Notes under the pieces: generated by a model
Seen by the model: the letters and a program-made list of their open reading frames with translations, nothing else
Database searches by the model: none
Told to the model about the DNA's origin: nothing
Assembly (NCBI GenBank): GCA_963783305.1
Contig: CAWAMW010000001.1
Location: 1-21,392, forward strand
Reading direction: 5' to 3'
Source of the DNA: an uncultured Gemmatimonadales bacterium
GTDB taxonomy: Bacteria; Gemmatimonadota; Gemmatimonadetes; Longimicrobiales; RSA9
DNA length: 21,392 nucleotides
Shown: positions 1 through 8,542 of the stretch, in pieces
Numbering within the stretch: the stretch's first letter is position 1
How the letters are laid out: every line of letters starts with the position of its first letter
Position numbers and translations under genes: made by a program

Positions 1-801
1 CCTCCACGTGCCGCTCCGCCAGCGAGTTGAGGATCGACGCCGTCTTCTCCGGGTCCTCGCCGTTCAACTCCACCCGGAGGAACCCGCCCGTCTTGTCGAT
101 CTGGGTCCGCAGCCCGCGACCCAGCTTGAGCGCCTCGTCCGGGGCAATGCCAGCCGGAACCCCACCGCGCGGTCGGCCGGGAACCGGCTCAGCTCCGGCT
201 GCCACACCAGCCCCAGCGTCGACGCGCCCACGGAGTCGCCGAACGACCCGCGCTCCACCACGATCCCGTCGCTGGTCTCCAGCATGTACTGCCGCGCCTG
301 GGGCTGCTGCCGGATCCGGTAGCTGCCCGGGGCGAAGCGCTGCTGCAGGCCCAGGTCCGAGAGGAGCCCCTCGTCCTCCGCGCGCTCCGGGTGGAGGTGG
401 AGCTGCTCCGTGATCACCACCGGGTCCAGCACCATGAACGACCGCAGCAGGTCGATCCAGGCGGTGGACGGGGGCCGCTGCGAGGACTGGATGGGCCCCA
501 CGTCCACGGCGCCGCGCGCGCCGCTGGACTGCTCGATCCGAATGGTGGTCTGCGCCACGTATTCCAGCGGCACCCGCTGCGACGCGAAGTAGCCGCCCAC
601 CGTCCCCACGACCAGGAGCGCCAGCACCCACCACTTCTGCCGCAGCACCGCCCCAATGTAGCGCCGCACGTCCACGCTCCCGCCCTCCTCCTCGTCGTCG
701 TGCACGGGGGGAAGCTGCTGCGTGGCCGGAGCGGGGGGCTGCCCATCCGGGTCGTGGGGCGCCAGCTCGAAGAGCGGGTGCCTGATTCGATCGTCCGTCA
801 T
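1..801 (-). CDS. Wzc/GumC-type polysaccharide co-polymerase (chain-length regulator), N-terminal part; runs off the window; probable frameshift near 141
   Basis: ATG at 801 gives MTDDRIRHP...EEEGGSVDVRRYIGAVLRQKWWVLALLVVGTVGGYF...YVAQTTIRIE...IDLLRS, a Wzz-like N-terminus with a TM helix. After a shift near 141 another frame reads DEALKLGRGLRTQIDKTGGFLRVELNGEDPEKTASILNSLAERHVE, typical of Wzc periplasmic regions. The kinase domain is not visible in the window. Confidence 0.8.
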
Positions 802-1256
802 GCTGCCCTGGTCAGGAGGTGCAGGAAATCCGGTTCGCGCGGGTCCGCGCCGTCCGCCCCCATACGCGCAAGCGTGGTGCCTCATCCAGCGTCCGCTCCG
901 GCCGGGGAGTCGACGCGAGCTCGCGTCGGGGGGCCGGAACTCCCAAGAATAGCCCGCTTCCCCGGAGGATACCACCCCTGTCTCGCTGCGGTTCCTGTCT
1001 CCGCTTCCCGCTGCAGCGCCCCCACACCCGCCCCGGTTGTTGTGGCACGGAAGCCACACCTCGTCGCCGCACCGCCACATTTCGGCGCGGTCCAGCCGGC
1101 CACAATCGGCCAGGCGGACACGCAATATCCGTTGTCCCGCAATGGATTTACCGGATCCCGGGCCAAACCGTTCGTTCGCGAACACGGCTTGCGATAGGAG
1201 GTAGTCGGCGGCTCGACCGGGTCGCGCTACGGAAAACACGATTGAGCCTTGGGTTT

Positions 1257-2027
1257 ATGCCAGCATTGACAGCGATTCCACGAACCGAGCAGCGGGCCGA
1301 GCGGCGTCTCAGGCTGCTGCCGTACATGTTGCCCGAGGGAGGCGCGGCGGACGAGCCGGCCTCCTGGCCTGGCGTCGACCTGTCCTTCCTGAACGGCGAG
1401 GCCGCCCGGCGCGGACTGAACGTGGCCGTTGCGTTCCTGGCGCTGCTCGCCCTCGCCCCCCTCATGCTGCTGATCGCGGTCGCGATCCGTCTGACCTCGC
1501 ACGGGAGCGTCATTTACAGGCAGACCCGGATCGGTGTCGACCTCCGGAACCCCGACCTCCCGTCCGGCAACTGGCGCCGCGGTCGGGACCTGGGGGGCAA
1601 GCCGTTCACGATGTACAAGTTCCGCACGATGTACGAGGCCGACGACCCGCGTCAGGTGTGGGCCACCCCGGACGACACGCGGGTGACCCGCGTGGGCCGG
1701 TGCCTACGCAAGTGCCGCCTGGACGAGCTGCCGCAGCTGATCAACGTGCTGCGGGGCGAGATGAACATCGTTGGACCGCGCCCCGAGCAGCCGGAGCTCT
1801 TCGCCGACCTGCGGGTGCGGGTGGCTGGCTACCACGAGCGGCAGCGGGTGCTGCCGGGGATTACCGGCTGGTCGCAGGTGAACCAGTCGTACGACACGTG
1901 TATCGAGGATGTGCGCAACAAGGTGCGGTACGACCTGGAGTACATCCGCAACGCGTCCCTGCTCCACGATCTGAAGATCATGGGGCGGACCATGCCGGTT
2001 CTGATCGGCAGGAAGGGAGCCTGGTGA
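1257..2027 (+). CDS. Priming sugar transferase (undecaprenyl-phosphate glycosyl-1-phosphate transferase; Bac_transf, WcaJ-like catalytic domain)
   Basis: Motifs [11 protein letters not shown] helix, YRQTRIG...[60 protein letters not shown] and YDLEYI. Start chosen at ATG 1257; the longer ORF from 819 crosses an intergenic-looking region. Confidence 0.93.
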   Translation: MPALTAIPRTEQRAERRLRLLPYMLPEGGAADEPASWPGVDLSFLNGEAARRGLNVAVAFLALLALAPLMLLIAVAIRLTSHGSVIYRQTRIGVDLRNPDLPSGNWRRGRDLGGKPFTMYKFRTMYEADDPRQVWATPDDTRVTRVGRCLRKCRLDELPQLINVLRGEMNIVGPRPEQPELFADLRVRVAGYHERQRVLPGITGWSQVNQSYDTCIEDVRNKVRYDLEYIRNASLLHDLKIMGRTMPVLIGRKGAW

Positions 2028-2135
2028 GTATTCGCCGGGTCGCAGGGCAGGACTCCGCCGCCTTCGAAGGGCTCGGGAAGGCGGGGACGCTCGACCAGGG
2101 GATCGCCGTTGGGATTGTTCGCGGGGCGTCGCGAG

Positions 2136-2151
2136 TGGCGCGCACCTTTGC
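2136..2151 (+). promoter_or_regulatory. Possible sigma-54 (-24/-12) promoter for the PEP-CTERM gene
   Basis: TGGCGCGCACCTTTGC resembles TGGCAC-N5-TTGC, but has 11 rather than 10 nt between GG and GC. PEP-CTERM genes are often sigma-54 driven, and indel errors are common in this contig. Confidence 0.3.
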
Positions 2152-2173
2152 GACGACACCCGGGGCACTATCC

Positions 2174-2263
2174 TGATGGCCTTAGGTGAGACCAGGTAGA
2201 GCAGCCGCCCGAAAGGGTCGGACGGGCAAAGCATCACTATCTCTCGAGAGGAGCAGTACCATG
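2174..2263 (+). ncRNA. Candidate structured leader RNA, GEMM-I-like (atypical), upstream of the PEP-CTERM gene
   Basis: AGAGC-AG-CCGCCC-GAAA-GGGTCGG-ACGG-GC-AAAGC (2198-2232) resembles GEMM-I P2 and J2/3 and the element at 20061. TGATG 2174-2178 can pair with CATCA 2232-2236. A hairpin at 2237-2253 covers the GAGGAG RBS. Confidence 0.45.
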
Positions 2264-2992
2264 AGTATCAGATTCATCAAGACAGCGTTAGCCGCTGCCG
2301 TGCTGGCCACAATGGCCGCACCCGCGGGGCTGCAAGCGGCGGAGGATCCGTTCCCGCTGGGCGGATACTCGCTCATCGGCAGCGGGAACCTCTACGCCAC
2401 CGGTCCTGACGTCTTCATCCAGTTCCTGGGCTTCGCGGCCCAGTACAAGGATGAGATCTCGTTCCGCTATGACCTCACGTATGGCGGGACCAGCTATTAC
2501 GACATTCTCAACAACAAGACGGCCGTGGCGAACACGGTCTGGCGGATCAACGACTTCGTCGAGGTCGACCAGGGCGTCGCTTTCGCGTTCGCCGAGGGTG
2601 ACAATGTCATCTTCTCGCTGTACGTCAGCCCGACCGGCAGTGGGTCGGAGCTGGGCACGGGCGACTTCGGTCAGACGTACTACACGAACAACGGTATGAA
2701 CGCGGATGGCGAGATCCACTCGCGGACCGGCGAGTACATGGGCACGGGTGCATACACGCCCATGGCCGGCGCGATCACCGGGGGTCTGGCTAGAACCGTC
2801 GAGTTCAACCGTCAGGTTGGCTTCGAGGACCGGCTGGCTGGCGACTGGGACTTCAACGACGTGGTCTTCGCCGCGCAGGGCGTCGATGCGCAGGTGCCTG
2901 AGCCAATGTCCATGCTGCTGATGGCCACCGGCCTGTTCGGGATCTGCGGTGTTGCATACCGCCGCAAGGAGACCGACGACAACGAGGCGTAG
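2261..2992 (+). CDS. PEP-CTERM sorting-domain surface protein with a DUF4114-like acidic motif
   Basis: RBS GAGGAG at 2248-2253. Signal peptide MSIRFIKTALAAAVLATMAAPAGLQA. GFEDRLAGDWDFNDVVF motif. C-terminal VPEPMSMLLMATGLFGICGVAYRRK (PEP, TM helix, basic cluster). Confidence 0.93.
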   Translation: MSIRFIKTALAAAVLATMAAPAGLQAAEDPFPLGGYSLIGSGNLYATGPDVFIQFLGFAAQYKDEISFRYDLTYGGTSYYDILNNKTAVANTVWRINDFVEVDQGVAFAFAEGDNVIFSLYVSPTGSGSELGTGDFGQTYYTNNGMNADGEIHSRTGEYMGTGAYTPMAGAITGGLARTVEFNRQVGFEDRLAGDWDFNDVVFAAQGVDAQVPEPMSMLLMATGLFGICGVAYRRKETDDNEA

Positions 2993-3028
2993 TCGGTCTC
3001 GTCCGTCTGGATCCTCCAGAATGATCCG

Positions 3029-3064
3029 GAATACGGCCCCGCGCTTCGGTGCGGGGCCGTATTC
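3029..3064. terminator. Strong hairpin between convergent genes; probable bidirectional terminator
   Basis: GAATACGGCCCCGCGC-TTCG-GTGCGGGGCCGTATTC: 16-bp stem (one G-U) with a C(UUCG)G tetraloop. It abuts the stop codon of the minus-strand GT. U-tracts are short. Confidence 0.75.
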
Positions 3065-4250
3065 ATTTCCGCTGAACAACCTCCAGCATCAGGTCGTTCA
3101 GCCGACGGATGTCGTAGTTCTCCGCGACGAAGGTCCGGCCCTCGTCCGTATACGCTTCCCACCGCTCCGGCGGCAGGGCGCTGGCCCGCTGGATCGCGTC
3201 GGCGAGCGCCTCCGGGTCGGCGGGCGGGACCTGGAAGTCGTGCATGCCCGGGGGGATGGACTCGGGCACACCGCCCGTGGTGGTGGTAACGGCCAGGCAG
3301 CGCATGAGCAGCGCCTCCTGCACCGCGGCGGCCTGGTTCTCCGCCCAGTTGCCGATATGCAGGCTCGGCAGGAGCAGGATATCGGAGGCGCCCATGAGCC
3401 CGGTGAGGGCCTCGGTGGTCACGGTGCCGGCAAAGGTCACGCGGTCGCCCAGTCCGAGGCGGTCGACGAGCGCCTCCAGGCGGGCCCGGTAGGGATTGGC
3501 CCCTCCGGTGAGCGTGTAGTGGAAGTCCTCCATCCCCCGGTCCCGGAGGATCCCGAGCGCCTCCAGGGCGTGGTGGAACCCCTTCTCCTCGCTCATCCGG
3601 CCGGCGGACAGCAGCGAGAGCGTGGAGCCGGGATGCCGCCTCCCGGGGTCCGGAAAGCTGTCGAGGTCGAAGCCTACCGGCATGAGCGTGATCCGTTCGG
3701 GAGGGCAGCCCCGGTCGATGGCGTGCCGGGCCGAGAACCGGGTATTCGTGAACACGTGGTCCACGCCCCGGAAAACCACCGCCGCCCGCTCGTCGGCCAG
3801 CGGAGGCATGTGCGGCAGCTCACCGCCATGGTAGTAGAGCGCGATGGGGACCTCCGGCAGGACGCTCCGGGCGTGGGCGAAGGGGAGGCCGGCATGGACG
3901 CCGTGAATGAGCACCAGGTCGGGGTGCGTGGCCTCGAGTGCGGCCAGACAGGAGCGAACGACCAGGTCGCGTTTCAGGGGACGCGTACGCGGCATCCGGA
4001 ACCAGCCGCCTGTCGCCATCGCCCGGGCAGCGGTCCCGGCGGTCCTGCCCAGTGTGCGGAGCGTGAGAGGGTAGTAGGTTGTCCTCTCCTGGAGCCGCCA
4101 CTGCAGGACCTTCGCACTGAGCGCGGTGTCGAACCGGCCGCCGGCGAGGACCCGCACGTCGTGCCCGCGGCTCAGCAGGTCGGCAAACTGGGTATCGAAA
4201 TACGTCTTGAACGTGGCCGGATAGTGCTCGGTGACCGCGACGATCCTCAT
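3063..4250 (-). CDS. Glycosyltransferase family 4 (WcaL-like)
   Basis: MRIVAVTEHYP N-terminus, LLSAGRMSEEKG, DILLLPS, EX7E motif ENQAAAVQE, GGVPE and DPEALADAI. ATGA overlap with the upstream GT. Confidence 0.9.
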   Translation of the reverse strand: MRIVAVTEHYPATFKTYFDTQFADLLSRGHDVRVLAGGRFDTALSAKVLQWRLQERTTYYPLTLRTLGRTAGTAARAMATGGWFRMPRTRPLKRDLVVRSCLAALEATHPDLVLIHGVHAGLPFAHARSVLPEVPIALYYHGGELPHMPPLADERAAVVFRGVDHVFTNTRFSARHAIDRGCPPERITLMPVGFDLDSFPDPGRRHPGSTLSLLSAGRMSEEKGFHHALEALGILRDRGMEDFHYTLTGGANPYRARLEALVDRLGLGDRVTFAGTVTTEALTGLMGASDILLLPSLHIGNWAENQAAAVQEALLMRCLAVTTTTGGVPESIPPGMHDFQVPPADPEALADAIQRASALPPERWEAYTDEGRTFVAENYDIRRLNDLMLEVVQRK

Positions 4251-5482
4251 GCTTGCAGGATCTCGTTGATAAGGCGCGGGACGAGCACTGTGTTGTCGTA
4301 CCTCCCTTCGACCCAGCGGCGCCCTCGGTGCGCGAGGGTGCAGATTTCCGAATCGTCCATGTCCATGATCGACCGTACCCGATCGGCGAGACCGGCGTCG
4401 TCGCCCGGTTCGAAGAGAAGCTCGTGGAGGAACGGCGGCAGGGATTCGGGAATTCCGCCGAGTCTGCTGGCGCTCACGAGGCAGCCCTGGAGCAGCGCTT
4501 CCTGCATTACGGCCCCCTGCGTCTCGCTTGTGGTGGCGGTCGGGATGCTCGGCAGGATCAGGACGTCCGCCGCCTGGAGCCGGGCCAGGAGGGCCTCGTG
4601 GGCCATCGACCCGGAGAACGTCACGTGGCTTTGCAGTCCGTGCGTTTCAACGAGAGCCTGGAGCTCCGGCTGCATAGGTCCGGTACCAATGATTTCGTAA
4701 TGCACATTCGACCCATCCCGTACCAGCCGCGCCAAGGCGAGAAGTGCCACCGCGTGACCCTTTCCTTCACTCAGGCGCCCGGCGCTGACCAGCCGCAGGC
4801 ATCCGCCAGGCCGATAGCCGCCCGGTAAACGAGTGCCATCGAACAGGGAGAGCCGAAAACCGACAGGGACAATTTTGGTGGCGTCGCCAGGGCTACCAAT
4901 GGCGATCGCCTCCACACGCGCCGCCTCGGTATTCGTGAATACAATGGAGGCCGCCGCAAAGGCCTGTCGAACCCTGCGCGGATTCAACCGGCCTGCTTCC
5001 GGCGGACGACCACCGTGGTGGTACAGCGCTATTGGGATGCCCGGATACGCATCTTTCAGCCAGGGGATCATGAGCATGGTCTCGTGCTCGTGGACCAGGC
5101 AGAGGTCCGGCGCGCGCGCCGGAAGCACGGCCGCTCGAATGGCGTGCTGTACTCTGTTTTTCAGCCCTTCGCCCCGGCTCGCTGCCTGCCGCACTCGGCG
5201 CCACGTCAGCGACGGGCGCAATGTCGCTCTCGCAGTTAGATTGGGCACGAGTCGGACGGCGGCGCGCTTGCCGTCAGACAGCAGGTAGCGCGTCCTGGCT
5301 GTCAGGTCGTAGGCCGCTACGAGGCCCCCGTGGACCTTGCTGATCCGGTCGCGTGCGAAGATCGTCAGGTCATGCCCTTGATCCAGCATTTCCGCGAACT
5401 GCGCATCATAGTAGGGTTTATACGCGCTTGGATATGATGGAGCGAAGACATATATCCTGAGCGACGAGTCATGAATCGGCAT
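4247..5482 (-). CDS. Glycosyltransferase family 4 (WcaL-like), paralog of the adjacent gene
   Basis: ATG 5482 gives MPIHDSSLRIYVFAPSYP; motifs LVSAGRLSEGKG, ADVLILPS, ETQGAVMQE and GGIPE. Confidence 0.88.
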   Translation of the reverse strand: MPIHDSSLRIYVFAPSYPSAYKPYYDAQFAEMLDQGHDLTIFARDRISKVHGGLVAAYDLTARTRYLLSDGKRAAVRLVPNLTARATLRPSLTWRRVRQAASRGEGLKNRVQHAIRAAVLPARAPDLCLVHEHETMLMIPWLKDAYPGIPIALYHHGGRPPEAGRLNPRRVRQAFAAASIVFTNTEAARVEAIAIGSPGDATKIVPVGFRLSLFDGTRLPGGYRPGGCLRLVSAGRLSEGKGHAVALLALARLVRDGSNVHYEIIGTGPMQPELQALVETHGLQSHVTFSGSMAHEALLARLQAADVLILPSIPTATTSETQGAVMQEALLQGCLVSASRLGGIPESLPPFLHELLFEPGDDAGLADRVRSIMDMDDSEICTLAHRGRRWVEGRYDNTVLVPRLINEILQA

Positions 5483-5546
5483 GGCCCGAATATCCAGTAG
5501 CGAGTGGCGAGTCCGCAAGTCGATGAGTTGCAGCCCGGGAGCGGCG

Positions 5547-6497
5547 GTGAGCAAGCGAAAGAACCTGTTCGTTTTCGGAAGCCCGCGGAGCGGCACCACG
5601 TGGATCCAGCTGCTTCTAGACCAGCACGAAGCGGTCGTTACGGCTCCGGAGACGCAGATCTTCTCCTTCTATCTGAGCCGTTTTCGGAGCCAGTGGCAGG
5701 AGGAGATCAATGGCGAGCAGCACAACGCTCAGGGCGGCGGTGGGCTGAGTCAGCTGCTGAACGAAGAGGAGTTCCGGCAGCTCTGCCGGTTGAACGCCTC
5801 CTTCGTGCTGGACCGGATCGCCGCGCGCGACCCGGAGGCGACGGTGGTCGTCGAGAAGAGTCCCATGCATGCGGTTCACGCCGGCTTCATACATTCCATT
5901 TTTCCTGAGGCCTATTTCCTTCACGTGCTGCGCGACCCTCGAGACACCGTTGCATCGCTCCTGTCCGCGGGGCGGAGCTGGGGCCGACACTGGGCACCGT
6001 CTCACCCCGTCGACGCGGCGCGCATGTGGCGGCGTCACGTCGTGAAGGGACGGGAGATCGCGGGCACAGAGGCGCGCTACATGGAAGTCCGGTATGAGCA
6101 TCTCAAGCGCCAGCCGGAACAGACACTCGGCGGTGTCCTGTCGTGGCTGGGGCTCTCGGCCGATGAACATGATGTGGCGCGGTTCGTAGAAGCGTGCCGG
6201 TTGCAACGGCTTCAGAAAACGGAGGAAAAGAGTGCGGCGAATTGGCCCATGCCGAGTCGCAAAGTACCTGCCGGCTTCTTTCGGAAAGGCGAGGTCGGCG
6301 GCTGGCGGAGCGATCTCACGGCGGCCGAAGCGAGAATCGTCGAGGCCATCGCCGGATCGATCATGGAGGATGCTGGCTATGAGCGACAAATGAATGGAGG
6401 AACTCGGGCGACGGCGCGGATCCGGCTGCACGACACGCTGTCCCGCGTCCGCGAGAGCGTAGACTGGCAGCTCCAGCGATTGCTTCGAAAGGTCTGA
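5547..6497 (+). CDS. PAPS-dependent sulfotransferase
   Basis: GTG 5547 follows GGGAG. 5'-PSB motif FVFGSPRSGTTW, EKSP, 3'-PB motif RDPRDTVAS, VRYEHL, and C-terminal FFRKGEVGGW. Confidence 0.92.
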   Translation: MSKRKNLFVFGSPRSGTTWIQLLLDQHEAVVTAPETQIFSFYLSRFRSQWQEEINGEQHNAQGGGGLSQLLNEEEFRQLCRLNASFVLDRIAARDPEATVVVEKSPMHAVHAGFIHSIFPEAYFLHVLRDPRDTVASLLSAGRSWGRHWAPSHPVDAARMWRRHVVKGREIAGTEARYMEVRYEHLKRQPEQTLGGVLSWLGLSADEHDVARFVEACRLQRLQKTEEKSAANWPMPSRKVPAGFFRKGEVGGWRSDLTAAEARIVEAIAGSIMEDAGYERQMNGGTRATARIRLHDTLSRVRESVDWQLQRLLRKV

Positions 6498-7645
6498 TGC
6501 CTGCTCCTGGCAACCTTCTATGTGTGGCGAACTTTCCGACCAATGCGGGATATGCGTGGGAGTTCATAGAGGGCCTCTATGCCGGTCTCGCTGATGACCT
6601 CCACCGGTTCGGCGTGCGGACATGGGTGGCGTACCCGCGCGTCGACGGTCCGCCCCGGACGCTCGCCCACAGCGCCGCCGAGCCACTCGAACTGCGAGTG
6701 GACTACGGCTCGCCTCGGGGACTCGCAGCGCTCGTGCGGGCGGTCCGAGCCCGCGACATCCGCACCATCTATCTGACGGATCGGGCAGCGTGGCACCCCG
6801 GATACGCGGTGCTGCGCGGGGCCGGCGTCCGCACCATCATTTCCCATGACCACACGTCGGGCGACCGCACGCGCCCAACCGGGCTCAAACGGGCGCTCAA
6901 GGCCACTCTCAGGAGGTTTCGCCCGGCCCTCGCCGACAAGGTATTGGCCGTGAGCGAGTACGTGGCCCAGCGGAAGGTCGAGGTGGACCTCGTCGACCCG
7001 ACGCGCGTGCGTGTCCTGTGGAACTCCGTAGCAATACCGGAGGTGGTCAACCGCGCGGCGCTCCGGGAGAGCTTCGGGATCGGCGCAGCCCGGCCGATCG
7101 TTGCAGGAGCCTCCCGGGTGGCGGAGTACAAGGGGATCCAGTATCTGATGGAGGCGTTCGACCGGGTGTGGCGTGGGCGCGATCCCCGTCCCATCCTCGT
7201 CTACTTCGGTGACGGCCCCTTCATGCCCGAACTCCAGAACCGGATGAAGCGCCTCGCCTGCCGCGAGGACATCATCCTCGCCGGGTATCGACCTGAAGCC
7301 GCCGACCTCCTGGCTGGCGCCGACGTCTGCGTCGTGCCATCCACGTGGCAGGAGGCGTTCGGGCTGGCCGCCTTGGAACCAGCCGCCCGCGGCGTCCCGG
7401 TCATAGGCAGTCGGGTGGGCGGGATCCCGGAGGTGATCGAGGACGGAGTCACAGGGCTGCTGGTCGAGCCGGCGGACGTGGACGGCCTGGCCGCAGCGAT
7501 GGTCGAGCTGCTCGACCACCCCGAACGCCGGATGGAGATGGGGCGAGCTGGACGACGTCTCGCGCAGGAGCGGTTCGCTCAAGCTGATCAGCTGGCTCGC
7601 CTATGTACGCTGGTCCGCCAGGAGATGGGTCTGGGTGCCACGTGA
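6497..7645 (+). CDS. Glycosyltransferase family 4
   Basis: TGATG coupling to the sulfotransferase; motifs AVSE, SRVAEYKG, GDGP, ADVCVVPSTWQEAFGLAALE and GSRVGGIPEVIEDGVTGLLV. Confidence 0.93.
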   Translation: MPAPGNLLCVANFPTNAGYAWEFIEGLYAGLADDLHRFGVRTWVAYPRVDGPPRTLAHSAAEPLELRVDYGSPRGLAALVRAVRARDIRTIYLTDRAAWHPGYAVLRGAGVRTIISHDHTSGDRTRPTGLKRALKATLRRFRPALADKVLAVSEYVAQRKVEVDLVDPTRVRVLWNSVAIPEVVNRAALRESFGIGAARPIVAGASRVAEYKGIQYLMEAFDRVWRGRDPRPILVYFGDGPFMPELQNRMKRLACREDIILAGYRPEAADLLAGADVCVVPSTWQEAFGLAALEPAARGVPVIGSRVGGIPEVIEDGVTGLLVEPADVDGLAAAMVELLDHPERRMEMGRAGRRLAQERFAQADQLARLCTLVRQEMGLGAT

Positions 7646-7647
7646 GC

Positions 7648-8542
7648 ATGACCGGGCGGAAGCTGGCGAAGTCGTTCGTGGAGAGCGCCCTCGCCGCCAG
7701 CGGTGTTCCCGCGGTGACGCGGCGGCTGCGACGAGACCGGGCGGCGATCCTCGCCTATCACAACGTGGTCCCCGATCATGAGGCTGGCCGCGGAGACGCG
7801 AGTCTGCACCTGCCGCTGTCCCGTTTCCTCGCCCAGCTCGACGCGCTGCGAGAGACCCATGACTTCGTGGACCTGCCCACCGCCATGGCTGGCGGGGGCG
7901 ACCGCGATCCGCGCCACCGTGACGTTCGACGATGCCTACCGCGGAGCCGTCAACCTCGCGCTGCCCGAGCTGCGCAAGCGGGGGATCCCCGCCACCGTGT
8001 TCGTCTGCCCGGGGCTGCTCGACGAGGCCGGGCTCTGGTGGGACGAGACCGCGGAAGCCGGGCGCCTCACGCCTGCCGTGCGGGCGCGCGCGATGCACGA
8101 GCACCGCGGTGAGCTGGATGCGGTGCGCGAATGGGCCTTCGGACGGGAGCCGCCGCCGGCGCTCCCTCACAATTTCGGCGTTGCGTCGGAGGCGGAGCTC
8201 CTGGACCAGGTGCGGGACGGGATCGCCGTGGGGGGGCACGCGTGGGCCCACGCCTGTCTCCCATCTCTCGAAAGTACCGCCCTCCGTGTGGACCTCGGGC
8301 GGACACTGGAATGGCTGAGGTCCTCCCCCGGTCCGACCGTACCCTGGCTGGCGCTGCCCTACGGCGAGGGCACCCCCGAAGTGGCGGCCGCGGCGCTGGA
8401 TGCCGGGTACGACGGCGTCCTCGAGATCCGGGGCGGCCTGTGCGCCTTCCCGGCCGACCCGGCGGCGATCCCGCGGATCAACGTGCCGGCGGGGATGTCC
8501 AGCCGCGGCCTGGTCCTCCGGGCCAGCGGTGTGTGGAAGTGA
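7648..8542 (+). CDS. Polysaccharide deacetylase (NodB/CE4 family); frameshift near 7912
   Basis: Frame 1 reads MTGRKLAK...AILAYHNV...FLAQLDALRE. Frame 2 reads TVTFDDAY...ALPELRKRGIPATVFV...GGHAWAH...LALPYG...IPRINV. Together they form one CE4 domain. Confidence 0.85.

Noticed and set aside
1197..1207. ops/JUMPstart (RfaH) element GGAGGTAGTCG
   Set aside because: It mismatches the GGCGGTAG core and lacks the rest of the JUMPstart context.
802..1256. N-terminal extensions of the wzc-like and sugar-transferase ORFs overlapping head-to-head
   Set aside because: The extensions are low-complexity Arg/Gly/Pro sequence with no family resemblance. Starts at 801 and 1257 fit better.
2173..2214. Hammerhead ribozyme (CTGATG...GAAA)
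   Set aside because: The core needs CUGANGA; the sequence is CUGAUGG, and the GAAA is a hairpin tetraloop rather than a core strand.
2949..4700. Long antisense or alternative-frame ORFs (e.g. 583 aa here, also 8359-9756, 18356-19720, 20196-21104)
   Set aside because: Shadow ORFs expected in high-GC coding DNA. They have no recognisable motifs and lie opposite well-supported genes.
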